DNA of 64,000 nucleotides from Opitutales bacterium (GCA_046881885.1 JBKSMP010000003.1:662-64661); one strand, 5' to 3'; counted from the first letter of the stretch, positions 53,047 through 63,021 are shown. Numbers and translations are program-made. Notes: generated by a model from the letters alone, not told the origin.

Positions 53047-53830
53047 TTAGAGAAAATTAGACGTCCTGCAAAAGTGAGAGGACATGAAATACTTAAAACA
53101 TCTGATAGCTGTGCTTGGGCTATTTAGCTCTGGAGAGGTTGTAAATTCCGACAATAGTATGAAAATTTTGGAATAGAGGTCGAGGTGGCCGCGGTAACGG
53201 CCAGGATATGCCATTTTTTGAGATGTGCGAAGGAGTGTTCGATAAGGATCAAGTAAAAGAAAATTTAAAATGACATCTGTAATCTGATCGCAAACCACAA
53301 GCATTTTGGCAGGATGTTTAAAAAATTCTGCAACGAGCGAGTTTAGTGTTGCGGGTTTGTTCAGCTGCAGATAGAGAGCCATTTTTTTGCTTTTTCTTCA
53401 GCAAAATTACCGCAGCTGAATGCTCATTTTGCAGATCTTGTTTATTGGAGTCTTCCAAAATTGGAACGGTGGAAGTGGGCCTTCAGTTTTACGGATTTCG
53501 AAGTCGTGAACACGGCCTTCATAGAGTTTAGATATGCGTAAAATCCGGCCATTTGGCTCGATGACAACTTCCGTTTTAGCGTGTGGGTATGGGCTTTTCC
53601 CAGAGTAATTTTTGGGGCCGTTCAATTCGTTGTTCGGTAGCGTCTACGATAAGCAACTGCAGGTCGTTTTCGCTCAATATTGGATTTGGTTTTACCCTCA
53701 AAACCCTTTCTGTAAGCGGTACTATTCACTTTATCGTTCGGCAAATTGTTGCCTCGTCAATCTCATGCGAAGCAAAGAGGACCACGGATTTTACCCCTGG
53801 ATTTCTATTATGAACCAACTATAAGTAGCT
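53047..53830 (-). mobile_element. IS5-like (DDE_Tnp_4-type) transposase pseudogene, frameshifted
   Basis: Fragments YSGKSPYPHAKTEVVIEPNGRILRISKLYEGRVHDFEI (53407..53625) and, in other frames, IEHSFAHLKKWHILA / GRYRGHLDLYSKIF (53047..53382). No intact ORF exceeds 111 aa. Confidence 0.65.
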
Positions 53831-53890
53831 CAATTTTTACAAGACACCTAATTTGAATAAATTATAAATTTCTTATTTTAGGCACAAGAC

Positions 53891-54127
53891 TTGCTTAATA
53901 CGGAAGTAATGTCTATTGATTTAAAAAAATATTATTGGGTAAATGGTTGCTTTTTAAGTTTTTTACTTGTTTTCACCACTGGAGTGTTGAAACAACAAAA
54001 GCTCTTAATGACATTGAGTTATGCGACTTTAACTCTATTTTTAGGCTTTTTGTTAACCTTTATTGCTTTAAGTAGAAGTAATTCTCATGGAGAGGTTTTT
54101 TTAAAGTCTAGGAAAAAGAAAGGATAA
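53891..54127 (+). CDS. Small two-TM membrane protein immediately upstream of the sigma-28 gene
   Basis: 78-aa ORF with a likely ATG at 53909. Two hydrophobic segments. The stop lies 3 nt before the sigma gene start. Confidence 0.4.
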   Translation: MLNTEVMSIDLKKYYWVNGCFLSFLLVFTTGVLKQQKLLMTLSYATLTLFLGFLLTFIALSRSNSHGEVFLKSRKKKG

Positions 54128-54130
54128 TCG

Positions 54131-54910
54131 ATGCGGGTTGCTTCAAAAGAAAATAATTTCGTGAAAACGAAATTTTGTCCATCAGTCGTCGAAAGAGAGC
54201 CAGATTGGGGGTTGGTAAAACAGTATTTGCCTTTGTTAAAATCCATTGTAAATAAAGTTTTGATGAATACACCACCGACTATTGATCGGGAAAGTTTTTA
54301 TACATTGGGACTCTTAGGGCTTATTTCTGCATCAAAAACATTTAATAAAACATCCTGTAATGCTTTTGGTAGGTATGCGGCCATAAAAATTCGTGGAGCA
54401 TTATTGGACGAATTTAGGCATTTGGATTGGCTTACAAGAGGCTTGCGAAAAAAAATAAGAGTTTTTAAGCAAAAAGTAGAGGCATTGCAACAGAATTTAG
54501 GACGTCCTCCGTTGGATGAAGAAATTTGCAATTACCTACACCTTTCCAAAAAGGAGGTTGAAAAATTAAAGCCTTTACTAAATCCGCAACTTTTTATTCC
54601 TATCGAACCCGTTCGTGATTCTTTGGAGCCTAAACAAGAACAGAAATCTTTTCGCTTGTCTGAAAAATTAGCGGATGTAAATCAATTTACAAGTCGTGAA
54701 ATTTGTGAACGTAATGAGATCAAAGCATTGTTGATAACATATTTGAAAGAAATGCCAAAATTAGTTCAGCAAGTCTTTGCATTGCATTATGTCGAAGGGT
54801 TGTTTTTTACAGAAATTGCAAGAATTTTCAATTTAAGTGAATCGAGAGTTTGCCAATTGCATACAGAAACGCTTCTTAAATTACGGCGAAAACTTCAAAA
54901 ACAATTGTAA
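54131..54910 (+). CDS. fliA: Sigma-28 (FliA/WhiG-type) alternative sigma factor
   Basis: 259 aa. Region 2 GLLGLISASKTFN..FGRYAAIKIRGALLDEFRHLDWLTR; region 4 FTEIARIFNLSESRVCQLHTETLLKLRRKL. Confidence 0.85.
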   Translation: MRVASKENNFVKTKFCPSVVEREPDWGLVKQYLPLLKSIVNKVLMNTPPTIDRESFYTLGLLGLISASKTFNKTSCNAFGRYAAIKIRGALLDEFRHLDWLTRGLRKKIRVFKQKVEALQQNLGRPPLDEEICNYLHLSKKEVEKLKPLLNPQLFIPIEPVRDSLEPKQEQKSFRLSEKLADVNQFTSREICERNEIKALLITYLKEMPKLVQQVFALHYVEGLFFTEIARIFNLSESRVCQLHTETLLKLRRKLQKQL

Positions 54911-55095
54911 GATAAATTGTAAACTCACTATTTTCTTTATTTTTTAGGTACACAAAATGTCTAAAAAATCTTCACTTTGTTTGCTGATGTAAGAATTTTT
55001 GACCACATAAAGTTGTTTAAGAATAGAAATATCCGCAAATAAAACCTGTTAGTTCAAATGACTGGGAAAGACAAAAATTATTCGATATTTTACTT

Positions 55096-55121
55096 AAAAA
55101 CCTGCCATTGGAAGCAGGTTT
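55096..55121 (-). terminator. Rho-independent terminator of the SSS-kinase operon
   Basis: aaacctgc-cattggaa-gcaggttt, with an A run on the plus strand (a U run on the minus transcript). Confidence 0.6.
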
Positions 55122-55151
55122 AGTGTTTTATAAGGCTATGAATACAAAGGC

Positions 55152-57785
55152 TTAAGCTTTTTGGATCAGCTTATCGTGATCTTTGCTTGGGAGAAGGATT
55201 TGAATGATAGCGTTATCCCCATGGGTAATGAGTTCCAACTTGCCGTGCCATTTAGAGACAATATCTTGGAATTCAGGGAAGCTGATGCCGAGTTCGATTT
55301 CGTCACCCAATTTCTGATCCTCGATAAACATACTGTTGAGGGCTTTTGCGGAAAAACCATCATTGGCAGCTTGCAAGAGGATTTGGGTATTGCCGAGCGG
55401 ATCGTTGCCGATAGCAATCACGATGGTCTTGCAATTGTTCGGTAAAGCATGCCGGCAAACATTGACGAGATTATTGATAATTCGGCGCAAAAGAACCGCA
55501 TCTACGCGTGCAAAAACCGTCTCTTTTGCATTCAATTGAATTTCTAGATTTTTATTCAAAATCGTTTGTTTTTCGATGCAGCTGAGGACGCATTGGTTCA
55601 GGTCTTCGAGTCTTAATTGTGACTGATCTTTTAAACCACCGACAATAAAGTCATTGATGTAATTTTCCATTTCTGATATAATATTTTGGTGAAGCTGACA
55701 TTCCTTTTCATCGAATTCATTTAATTTTTTTTGAGAACTTAATAAATGCAATGCCATCAACGGGGACATCAAGTCATGTGATAAGCTCCGTGCCATATTG
55801 TAGCGCTCGCGGTACTTTTCTTGTTCTTTTTCTTGTTGCAGCATGTGCAAATTAGAATGAATCAAAAGTAAAACCGCTAAAAATCCTAACAAATAGAATA
55901 AATGATGCCAAGAAAGGAAATATAACCAATTCATTTCACGGTCTGCTTTTAGATAAGAAATAAAAGTAATTAAAGCAATAAATCCGCAAGTAAAAATCAG
56001 TTTATTAACCTGCTCTCTTTTGACGCTCAAAAACATAACCACAAAGGATAATACAAGCGTTATTAAGCTTAAACCATTTTCAGTGGAGGTTACGACCTGA
56101 TAAGCCGATGTAACCGGTAAACAGAAGAACAATGTCGTTAGTTTAAGCCATTGAAACCGTTTTTCTTTTTCAAAAAGCTCTAAGGATCCGCTAAAAATGA
56201 GCAGTATCGCCATTGTACCGTTTATAAGCGTTAATAGTAACTTTGAATACGTTAATGAGTTTGCATTAAATACGAGTGGCATTAATTGCAAAAATACAAG
56301 ACATAAGCCTAAAATCGTATTGTTACGCATTTGCAAATCACGTACACTTAGTCGCTTCTTGGTTTGTATAACTTCGGCTCGACGCATCTTTTCCAACTCC
56401 TCTTTTGAAAACACCTTCTGCCGGCCGCCAAGAAAGTAAAAGAAAAGCACCGTTATTACGTTTGCGAAAAATCCAGGAAATAATCCATCGATTTTTGTGA
56501 TGGGTTTTATGTAAGTACTCCATAGAGTAGCAGTTGAAAATCCTACTACAGCACTTATAAATAAGCCTTTTAATGGGATTTTCATATTGAAAATAAGGAA
56601 ATATAGCGGAGATAAAATAACGGAAATCCAAACAGTGTTAACTAAAATTCTCGTTTCAAATATTCCTGTACATTGACTTGCGAAAATAACAGCACCAATT
56701 CCCATAAGAATTGTAGCAACACGAACCAATTTTAATTTAGATGTTTCTGTTATTTCTTTTTTGGTAAAAGGTAATATTACATCATTAATGAGTGCAATAC
56801 TTCCACAATTTAAAATAGAATCGGCAGAAGACATTAAAACAGCTAAAATTCCTATAATTACTATACCAAAAATGCCAACAGGTAAACAATTCGTTATTAA
56901 TGTAAATAAGGCTTGGTCACAACGATTTAAATTTGGAAATAAAACTCTAGCCCCCAAACCTAAAAATGCTGCAATAATGACAACAAACAAAAATGTTAAT
57001 CCCAAATTGCGATATGCTTTTGCACCCTGTATGTGATTACTCGTCATTAATAGACGCTGAGTGTGATGTGGAGAAAGCATAGGAATCATTAATGGAAACA
57101 TTAAAAACAAATAACGTCGAAAATTTTCTCCAGAAATTGTTATATGAGACTTAGGCAATTGATCCATCAAAGCTTGTATGCCTCCAATTTTTCCTAAGAT
57201 AACAATTAATAGAATAGGAATGGCCAAAATAAGAACCATAAATTGTAAAACATCTGTAAATGTTACGGCACGTACTCCTCCTCTTCCGGTGTAAATAAGG
57301 AGAACACCCACTGAAATTAAAAGACTCGTTACATAAGAAAAACCAGTTAAAACGTTAATAGTAGTTCCCATAGCCATAAACTGCAAACCAACAGCAAGCA
57401 TTTCATAAGTACATCCAACGACGCCTGCCAATAATTTGCCCGTTATACCATAAGACTTATAAAACATATCCCCTAAAGAACAACATCCATAAAAATTACT
57501 GAAACGATGTACCAAAAAAACACCAATAATAATATACGCTATAGGGAATCCTATTTGAGCTAAAATTTGTGTTATACCGATATCATAAAATTTTCCAACA
57601 TTTCCCATCGTTGTTGTTCCACCAATAGCTGTCGCAGCAACGGTACAAAAAATTGCAAAATCAGAAAATTTCCTGTTGCCAATTGCATAATCACTAAACG
57701 TTTTTATCTTTTTTCCAGAGCTAAAACCTATATATAAAGTTGCAATAAGAAAGGCTATGATGATTGAAATATCGACGATGTGCAT
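55152..57785 (-). CDS. SSS-like transporter domain + 6-TM block + histidine kinase (HisKA/HATPase_c-like), copy B
   Basis: 877 aa. SSS signature YTGRGGVRAVTFTDVLQF, then six further hydrophobic segments, H-box ARSLSHDLMSPLMALH, N-box RRIINNLVNVCRHALPN, then NDGFS and ELGISFPEF. Confidence 0.85.
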   Translation of the reverse strand: MHIVDISIIIAFLIATLYIGFSSGKKIKTFSDYAIGNRKFSDFAIFCTVAATAIGGTTTMGNVGKFYDIGITQILAQIGFPIAYIIIGVFLVHRFSNFYGCCSLGDMFYKSYGITGKLLAGVVGCTYEMLAVGLQFMAMGTTINVLTGFSYVTSLLISVGVLLIYTGRGGVRAVTFTDVLQFMVLILAIPILLIVILGKIGGIQALMDQLPKSHITISGENFRRYLFLMFPLMIPMLSPHHTQRLLMTSNHIQGAKAYRNLGLTFLFVVIIAAFLGLGARVLFPNLNRCDQALFTLITNCLPVGIFGIVIIGILAVLMSSADSILNCGSIALINDVILPFTKKEITETSKLKLVRVATILMGIGAVIFASQCTGIFETRILVNTVWISVILSPLYFLIFNMKIPLKGLFISAVVGFSTATLWSTYIKPITKIDGLFPGFFANVITVLFFYFLGGRQKVFSKEELEKMRRAEVIQTKKRLSVRDLQMRNNTILGLCLVFLQLMPLVFNANSLTYSKLLLTLINGTMAILLIFSGSLELFEKEKRFQWLKLTTLFFCLPVTSAYQVVTSTENGLSLITLVLSFVVMFLSVKREQVNKLIFTCGFIALITFISYLKADREMNWLYFLSWHHLFYLLGFLAVLLLIHSNLHMLQQEKEQEKYRERYNMARSLSHDLMSPLMALHLLSSQKKLNEFDEKECQLHQNIISEMENYINDFIVGGLKDQSQLRLEDLNQCVLSCIEKQTILNKNLEIQLNAKETVFARVDAVLLRRIINNLVNVCRHALPNNCKTIVIAIGNDPLGNTQILLQAANDGFSAKALNSMFIEDQKLGDEIELGISFPEFQDIVSKWHGKLELITHGDNAIIQILLPSKDHDKLIQKA

Positions 57786-57811
57786 ATTTTTATTTCCTAA
57801 GTTTAATCATG

Positions 57812-59236
57812 TTAAGCTTGCATTTCAGCTAAACGTTTTGCTTCCAACTCTTCCTTTGTAAACACCTTCTGCCTTCCGCCAAGAAAGTAAAAGAAGAGTA
57901 CCGTTAATCCACTAATTAAAAATCCAGGGAATAGACCATCAATTTTTATAATAGGTTTTATATTTAGATTCCATAAAATACAGGTTGTAAATCCAAGTAT
58001 CGCGCTTATAAGCAGCCCTTTATGAGAAATTTTCATATTAAAAAGTAAAAAATATAAAGGAGATACTATAACAGAAAACCAAAGCGTACTAACTAGTATT
58101 CTTGTTTCAAATATATTGAAACGTTGGCTTGCTACAATTAAAGCACAAATCCCTATAATTAATGAGGTAATTCGAACCATTTTTAATTTTGTACTTTCAG
58201 ATAATTCACGTTTTATAAAAGGCAATATAAGGTCGTTAACAAACATAATACTTCCGCAATTGAGATGAGAATCTGCTGTTGACATTAAAACGGCTAAGAT
58301 GCCAATTACAGCTATACCAAAAATGCCTACTGGTAAGCCGTTCGTAATTAAAGTAAGTAAAGCTTCGTCTCCTCTTGCCAAATTAGGAAATAGAACTTTT
58401 GCTGTTAAACCTAATAAACTTGTTAGTAAAATTAAAAATGCATAAGTCCAGGCAAGATTACGATAAGCACGTACACCTTGTTCACGATTACTTGTCATTA
58501 ATAAACGATGTACTAAAATTGGGGACAGAAGTGGTATAAGCAAAGGAAACATTAAAAATAAATAACGATGAAAATCTTCTGTTTTAACTGTCAAATGTGA
58601 TTGTGGTAATTGGTCTATTAAGCTACTTAATCCTCCAATTTTTCCAATAGTTGTTATTAAAAGGATGGGAAGTGCAATAATCAATATAATAAACTGCAAA
58701 ACATCTGTGAAAGTTACAGCACGAATACCGCCACGACCAGTGTAAATAAGAATAATACCTGCTGAAATCCAAAGGCTTGTTATATAAGAAAAGCCAGTTA
58801 AAATACTAATACCTGTTCCCATAGCTACAAATTGCAATGCAACTAAAAGAATTTCATAAATACTACCAACCAATCCAACTAAAATTTTCCCTGTAAGTCC
58901 ATAAGATTTATAAAAAATGTCCCCTACTGAATAGCAACCGTAATAATTACCAAAATGACGAGCTAAAAGTATGGCAATAATCAAATATTCAATAGGTTCA
59001 ACAATTTCTGCTAAAAATTGAACAATTCCAACATCATAAAATTTTCCAACTTCTCCCATTGTTGCAGTACCGCCAATAATAGTTGCTGCTAGAGTACAAA
59101 AAATAGCGAAATCTGAAAATTTTCTGTTACCAATCGCGTAATCACTGAAGGTTTTTATCTTTTTGCCTGAAGTGAAACCTATATACAACGTTGCAACAAG
59201 AAAAGCTGCGATGATTGAAATGTCAACAATATGCAT
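57812..59236 (-). CDS. SSS-family transporter, copy C (transporter-only paralog)
   Basis: 474 aa. Collinear with residues 1-470 of copy B. It ends just after the shared FYFLGGRQKVFTKEELE junction. The gap to copy B is 26 nt. Confidence 0.85.
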   Translation of the reverse strand: MHIVDISIIAAFLVATLYIGFTSGKKIKTFSDYAIGNRKFSDFAIFCTLAATIIGGTATMGEVGKFYDVGIVQFLAEIVEPIEYLIIAILLARHFGNYYGCYSVGDIFYKSYGLTGKILVGLVGSIYEILLVALQFVAMGTGISILTGFSYITSLWISAGIILIYTGRGGIRAVTFTDVLQFIILIIALPILLITTIGKIGGLSSLIDQLPQSHLTVKTEDFHRYLFLMFPLLIPLLSPILVHRLLMTSNREQGVRAYRNLAWTYAFLILLTSLLGLTAKVLFPNLARGDEALLTLITNGLPVGIFGIAVIGILAVLMSTADSHLNCGSIMFVNDLILPFIKRELSESTKLKMVRITSLIIGICALIVASQRFNIFETRILVSTLWFSVIVSPLYFLLFNMKISHKGLLISAILGFTTCILWNLNIKPIIKIDGLFPGFLISGLTVLFFYFLGGRQKVFTKEELEAKRLAEMQA

Positions 59237-59280
59237 GACTTTTTATTAGTTGGATTTTAATAAAATGTCCAGCTTTTGAT
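59237..59280 (-). promoter_or_regulatory. Conserved 5' leader/upstream block shared with paralog A (2481..2524)
   Basis: Same sequence blocks as at 2481..2524. Confidence 0.3.
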
Positions 59281-59441
59281 TAAACTTTTTATTAAAAATG
59301 ATGCGAGAGCTGTTAGACTAATAGAAATTCACGTGTAAAACCCATGGTCCTATTTGCTTTGCATCAGATCGAAAACTTTCAAGCAACCTTTTCTTTCTTT
59401 TGGATTGAAAAAAAGGGGAAGGTGGTGTACGTAAATAGTTT

Positions 59442-60557
59442 ATGAAAGTTCCATTGTTTGATAGTGCTGCAGTTAATGAGCATTTGTATGGTGAGTTTGA
59501 AGCTTTTTTTTCGAAATTTATTCGTTCGGGTAATTTTATTTTAGGGGAGTCGGTTCAGCGTTTTGAGAGGCATGTTGCTGAGCAAATCGGTTGTAAGCAT
59601 GCGATCGGTGTTTCTTCGGGTACGGATGCTTTGATTGTAGCCTTAGGGACTTTGGATATAGGGCCTGGAGATGAAGTTCTTTGTCCATCGTTTACCTTTT
59701 TTGCAACGGCGAGTAGTGTGGCGCGCTTAGGGGCTACGCCGGTTTGGGTCGATTGCAAGGAAGCAGATTTTTTAATCGATTTGGAAGATGCTCAACGAAA
59801 AGTTTCGGAAAAGACGAAGGCGATTATTCCGGTACATTTATTTGGGCAAAGCTGTGATGCAGAGGCTGTACTAGGATTTGCAGAGAAGCATAAGCTGTTT
59901 GTTATCGAAGATGTAGCGCAAGCACAAGGAGCGTTGTCAGAGAACCGTCAAGCGGGTTCTTGGGGGCATATGAACGCTTTTAGTTTTTTTCCAACAAAGA
60001 ATTTGGGTGGATTTGGTGATGCAGGTTTGGTTACAACTAACGATGATAGTTTAGCAGAAAAAGCGCGTTATCTGCGTGTGCATGGCTCGCCAGTACGTTA
60101 TGAGCATATTTATTTAGGTGGAAATTTTCGTATCGACACCTTACAAGCTGCCTTATTAGACATGAAATTACCTTATTTGCCTGAGGCGATTCGTATGCGT
60201 CGTGAAAATGCGGCACTGTACTTGGACGGATTGAAAACTTTATCAGATCATTTAGCTTTGCCGCAAGAAAAGCCGGGACGCTTTCACACTTGGAATCAAT
60301 TTACGATACGTGTTCTCAATGGGCAACGGGATCGTTTGAAGGCTTATTTAGAAGGACAAGGCATTGGCTGTGGTGTTTATTATCCCAAAACCTTAGATTT
60401 ACAGTCTTGTATGCAAGGTATTTCAACGGATAAAGGGTATCCGACACAAGTGGCTCGTAGGCTTGCGAGTGAAGTGTTGAGTTTGCCAATTTTCCCAGGT
60501 TTAAGCGCTGATCAAATTGCTTATGTTTGTGAAACGATTACAAAGTTTTTTGCGTAA
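59442..60557 (+). CDS. DegT/DnrJ/EryC1/StrS-family PLP-dependent sugar aminotransferase
   Basis: 371 aa. GVSSGTDAL, FFPTKNLGGFGDAGLVTTND (PLP lysine region). Confidence 0.85.
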   Translation: MKVPLFDSAAVNEHLYGEFEAFFSKFIRSGNFILGESVQRFERHVAEQIGCKHAIGVSSGTDALIVALGTLDIGPGDEVLCPSFTFFATASSVARLGATPVWVDCKEADFLIDLEDAQRKVSEKTKAIIPVHLFGQSCDAEAVLGFAEKHKLFVIEDVAQAQGALSENRQAGSWGHMNAFSFFPTKNLGGFGDAGLVTTNDDSLAEKARYLRVHGSPVRYEHIYLGGNFRIDTLQAALLDMKLPYLPEAIRMRRENAALYLDGLKTLSDHLALPQEKPGRFHTWNQFTIRVLNGQRDRLKAYLEGQGIGCGVYYPKTLDLQSCMQGISTDKGYPTQVARRLASEVLSLPIFPGLSADQIAYVCETITKFFA

Positions 60558-60614
60558 AATTTTCTAAAATAAAGGTTTACAGAAAAAGATAATTGACGTA
60601 TACTTCTTACTATT

Positions 60615-61640
60615 ATGAAAACAAGAATTGGAATAAATGGATTTGGCCGTATTGGTCGTTTAGTATTCAGAGCAATGGTTGAAAAGAAACTCTTAGGTGA
60701 TGAGTTTGAAGTTGTTGCGATTAACGATTTAGTCGGTGCAGACAATTTAGCCTATTTGTTAAAGTACGATTCTATTCAAGGACGTTTTAATGGAACGGTA
60801 GAGGCTAAAGGTGAAGATACTTTAGTTGTTAATGGACAAGAAATTAAGTGTTTGGCGATTAAGGAAGGCCCAGCTGCTTTACCGTGGAAGGATTTGAATG
60901 TTGACATCGTTATTGAATCTACTGGTTTGTTTACGAGCGATGAGAAGGCCCAAGGACATTTGGATGCGGGTGCAAAAAAGGTATTGATTACGGCTCCTGC
61001 AAAAGGTGACAAAGTGCGTACAATTGTAATGGGTGTTAACGAAAAGGATTTGCAAGCTTCGGATACGATTATTTCGAACGCGTCTTGTACGACTAATTGC
61101 TTGGCTCCGATTACTAAGATTATTTTGGAAAACTTTGGTATCGAAGAAGGTTTGATGACAACTGTTCATAGCTATACCGCTACGCAAAAGACCGTAGATG
61201 GACCTTCCAAGAAAGATTGGAAAGGTGGCCGTACCGCTGCTATCAATATCATTCCTTCAACAACCGGTGCTGCTAAAGCAGTAGGATTGGTTTTGCCTGC
61301 TGTTAAAGGGAAATTAACGGGTATGTCGTTCCGTGTACCTACACCTACCGTTTCCGTAGTTGATTTGACGGTAAAAACGACCAAAGCAACTTCCTATGCA
61401 GAAATTTGCCAAAAGATGAAAGAAGCTGCAGAAGGTTCTTTAAAAGGTATTTTAGGTTATACTGAAGACGAAGTTGTTTCGAGCGATTTCATACACGATA
61501 CCCATTCTTCTATTTTTGATGCAGGATCCGGTATTGAATTGAACGATCATTTCTTTAAGTTAGTAAGCTGGTACGACAACGAATGGGGTTACAGCAATCG
61601 TTGCGTGGATGTTTTAAAGCGTTTAGCATCTTTATTATAA
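60615..61640 (+). CDS. gap: Glyceraldehyde-3-phosphate dehydrogenase
   Basis: 341 aa. [34 protein letters not shown]. Confidence 0.95.
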   Translation: MKTRIGINGFGRIGRLVFRAMVEKKLLGDEFEVVAINDLVGADNLAYLLKYDSIQGRFNGTVEAKGEDTLVVNGQEIKCLAIKEGPAALPWKDLNVDIVIESTGLFTSDEKAQGHLDAGAKKVLITAPAKGDKVRTIVMGVNEKDLQASDTIISNASCTTNCLAPITKIILENFGIEEGLMTTVHSYTATQKTVDGPSKKDWKGGRTAAINIIPSTTGAAKAVGLVLPAVKGKLTGMSFRVPTPTVSVVDLTVKTTKATSYAEICQKMKEAAEGSLKGILGYTEDEVVSSDFIHDTHSSIFDAGSGIELNDHFFKLVSWYDNEWGYSNRCVDVLKRLASLL

Positions 61641-61696
61641 ACTGACTTAAATAGAGTCCCATTTTTAAAAGGTGGGACTATCAATTCAAAAATGGT

Positions 61697-62884
61697 ATGA
61701 AAGTAGCTATCTTAACTTCAGGAGGCTTGGCGCCTTGTTTGTCGGCTGCTATTGGTGGCCTTATTCAACGTTATAACGATTTAGATCCAAACATCGAAAT
61801 CATAACTTATCTCAATGGTTATCAAGGCTTGCTCTTAGGGCAATCTCAGGTTGTTTCCCAAGAAGGTCGTGAAACGTGTTCTACTTTGTTTTATTTTGGC
61901 GGAAGCCCGATTGGTAATAGCCGCGTAAAATTGTCGAATGCGAAAGATTGCGAGAAGAAAGGTCTTATCCAAAACGGTCAAAATCCATTTGAAGTTGCTG
62001 CCGAACAATTAATGGCCGATAAAATTGATATTTTACATACCATTGGTGGAGATGATACCAGCACAACCGCTGCAGAATTAGCGCATTTTTTGGAAAAAAA
62101 TAAGTATCCGTTAACCATTGTCGGTCTTCCTAAAACCGTGGATAATGATATTGTGCCGATTCGTTGTAGCTTAGGGGCCAATACCGCTGCAGAACAAGGA
62201 GCTGTCTTTTTTGAACACATCGTTCATGAGCATAGTGCTAACCCAAAAATGCTTGTGATTCATGAGGTCATGGGGCGGCATTGTGGTTGGTTAACCTATG
62301 AAACTGCACGAATTTATACCGAGCGTCTTACACAGAGAAAGTTTGCACCTACGCTTGGATTTTCTCGTGAAAAGTTCGAAATTCATGGTATTTACGTTCC
62401 TGAATTAGACTTTAATTTGGAACAAGAAGTAAAACGCCTGAAACCTATTTTTGAACGCTTAGGATGTTTAAATCTTTTTGTAAGTGAGGGTGCTTGTGTT
62501 TCGGCGATTGTGCAACAATTGGAAGCGAATGGCGAGGTGCTTGAACGCGATGCTTTTGGTCACGTAAAGTTGGATAAAGTCAATGCAGGTAAGTGGATTG
62601 GTGATCAATTATTGAAGCATTTAGGGGCCCAGAAGATGCTTGTTCAGAAGAGCGGTTATTTTGCTCGTTCCTCTGCTCCTAATGCCTTCGATCTGAACCT
62701 TATTCAGTCCTGTGTGGATTATGCTGTAGAGTGTGCCTTAAAGAAGCAAAGCGGCTTAATCGGTCACGATATCGAAAATGGTAACCGTTTGAGCTGTATC
62801 GCATTTAAACGTGTTGCTGGAGGCAAGCCACTTGATTGTCAATCGAAAGAGGTTCGCGAGTTTTTAAATAGGATTAATGCTTGA
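61697..62884 (+). CDS. pfp: Phosphofructokinase, probably PPi-dependent
   Basis: 395 aa. TIGGDDT and LPKTVDNDI, where ATP-PFKs have GGDGS and PGTIDND. Confidence 0.8.
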   Translation: MKVAILTSGGLAPCLSAAIGGLIQRYNDLDPNIEIITYLNGYQGLLLGQSQVVSQEGRETCSTLFYFGGSPIGNSRVKLSNAKDCEKKGLIQNGQNPFEVAAEQLMADKIDILHTIGGDDTSTTAAELAHFLEKNKYPLTIVGLPKTVDNDIVPIRCSLGANTAAEQGAVFFEHIVHEHSANPKMLVIHEVMGRHCGWLTYETARIYTERLTQRKFAPTLGFSREKFEIHGIYVPELDFNLEQEVKRLKPIFERLGCLNLFVSEGACVSAIVQQLEANGEVLERDAFGHVKLDKVNAGKWIGDQLLKHLGAQKMLVQKSGYFARSSAPNAFDLNLIQSCVDYAVECALKKQSGLIGHDIENGNRLSCIAFKRVAGGKPLDCQSKEVREFLNRINA

Positions 62885-62892
62885 AAACGATT

Positions 62893-62933
62893 CCCAACAC
62901 ATGAGGATTTCTTGGTGTTGGGCGATCATTTTT
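62893..62933 (+). terminator. Hairpin terminator candidate after pfp
   Basis: cccaacac-14 nt-gtgttggg, then cgatcattttt. Confidence 0.4.
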
Positions 62934-63021
62934 AAAACTCGTCTAAGAAACTTTAGGAAAGCACAATCTTAATGTGTTTTAGAAGGTTGTTTTCTTCAGT
63001 CTTAGTGGAATGGTCTTGTTT

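Noticed and set aside
61655-61679. 7-bp hairpin (agtccca...tgggact) between gap and pfp, considered as a terminator.
   Set aside because: No T tract follows it and pfp starts 18 nt later. It is more likely an mRNA-stability or processing hairpin within a gap-pfp transcript, or simply chance.
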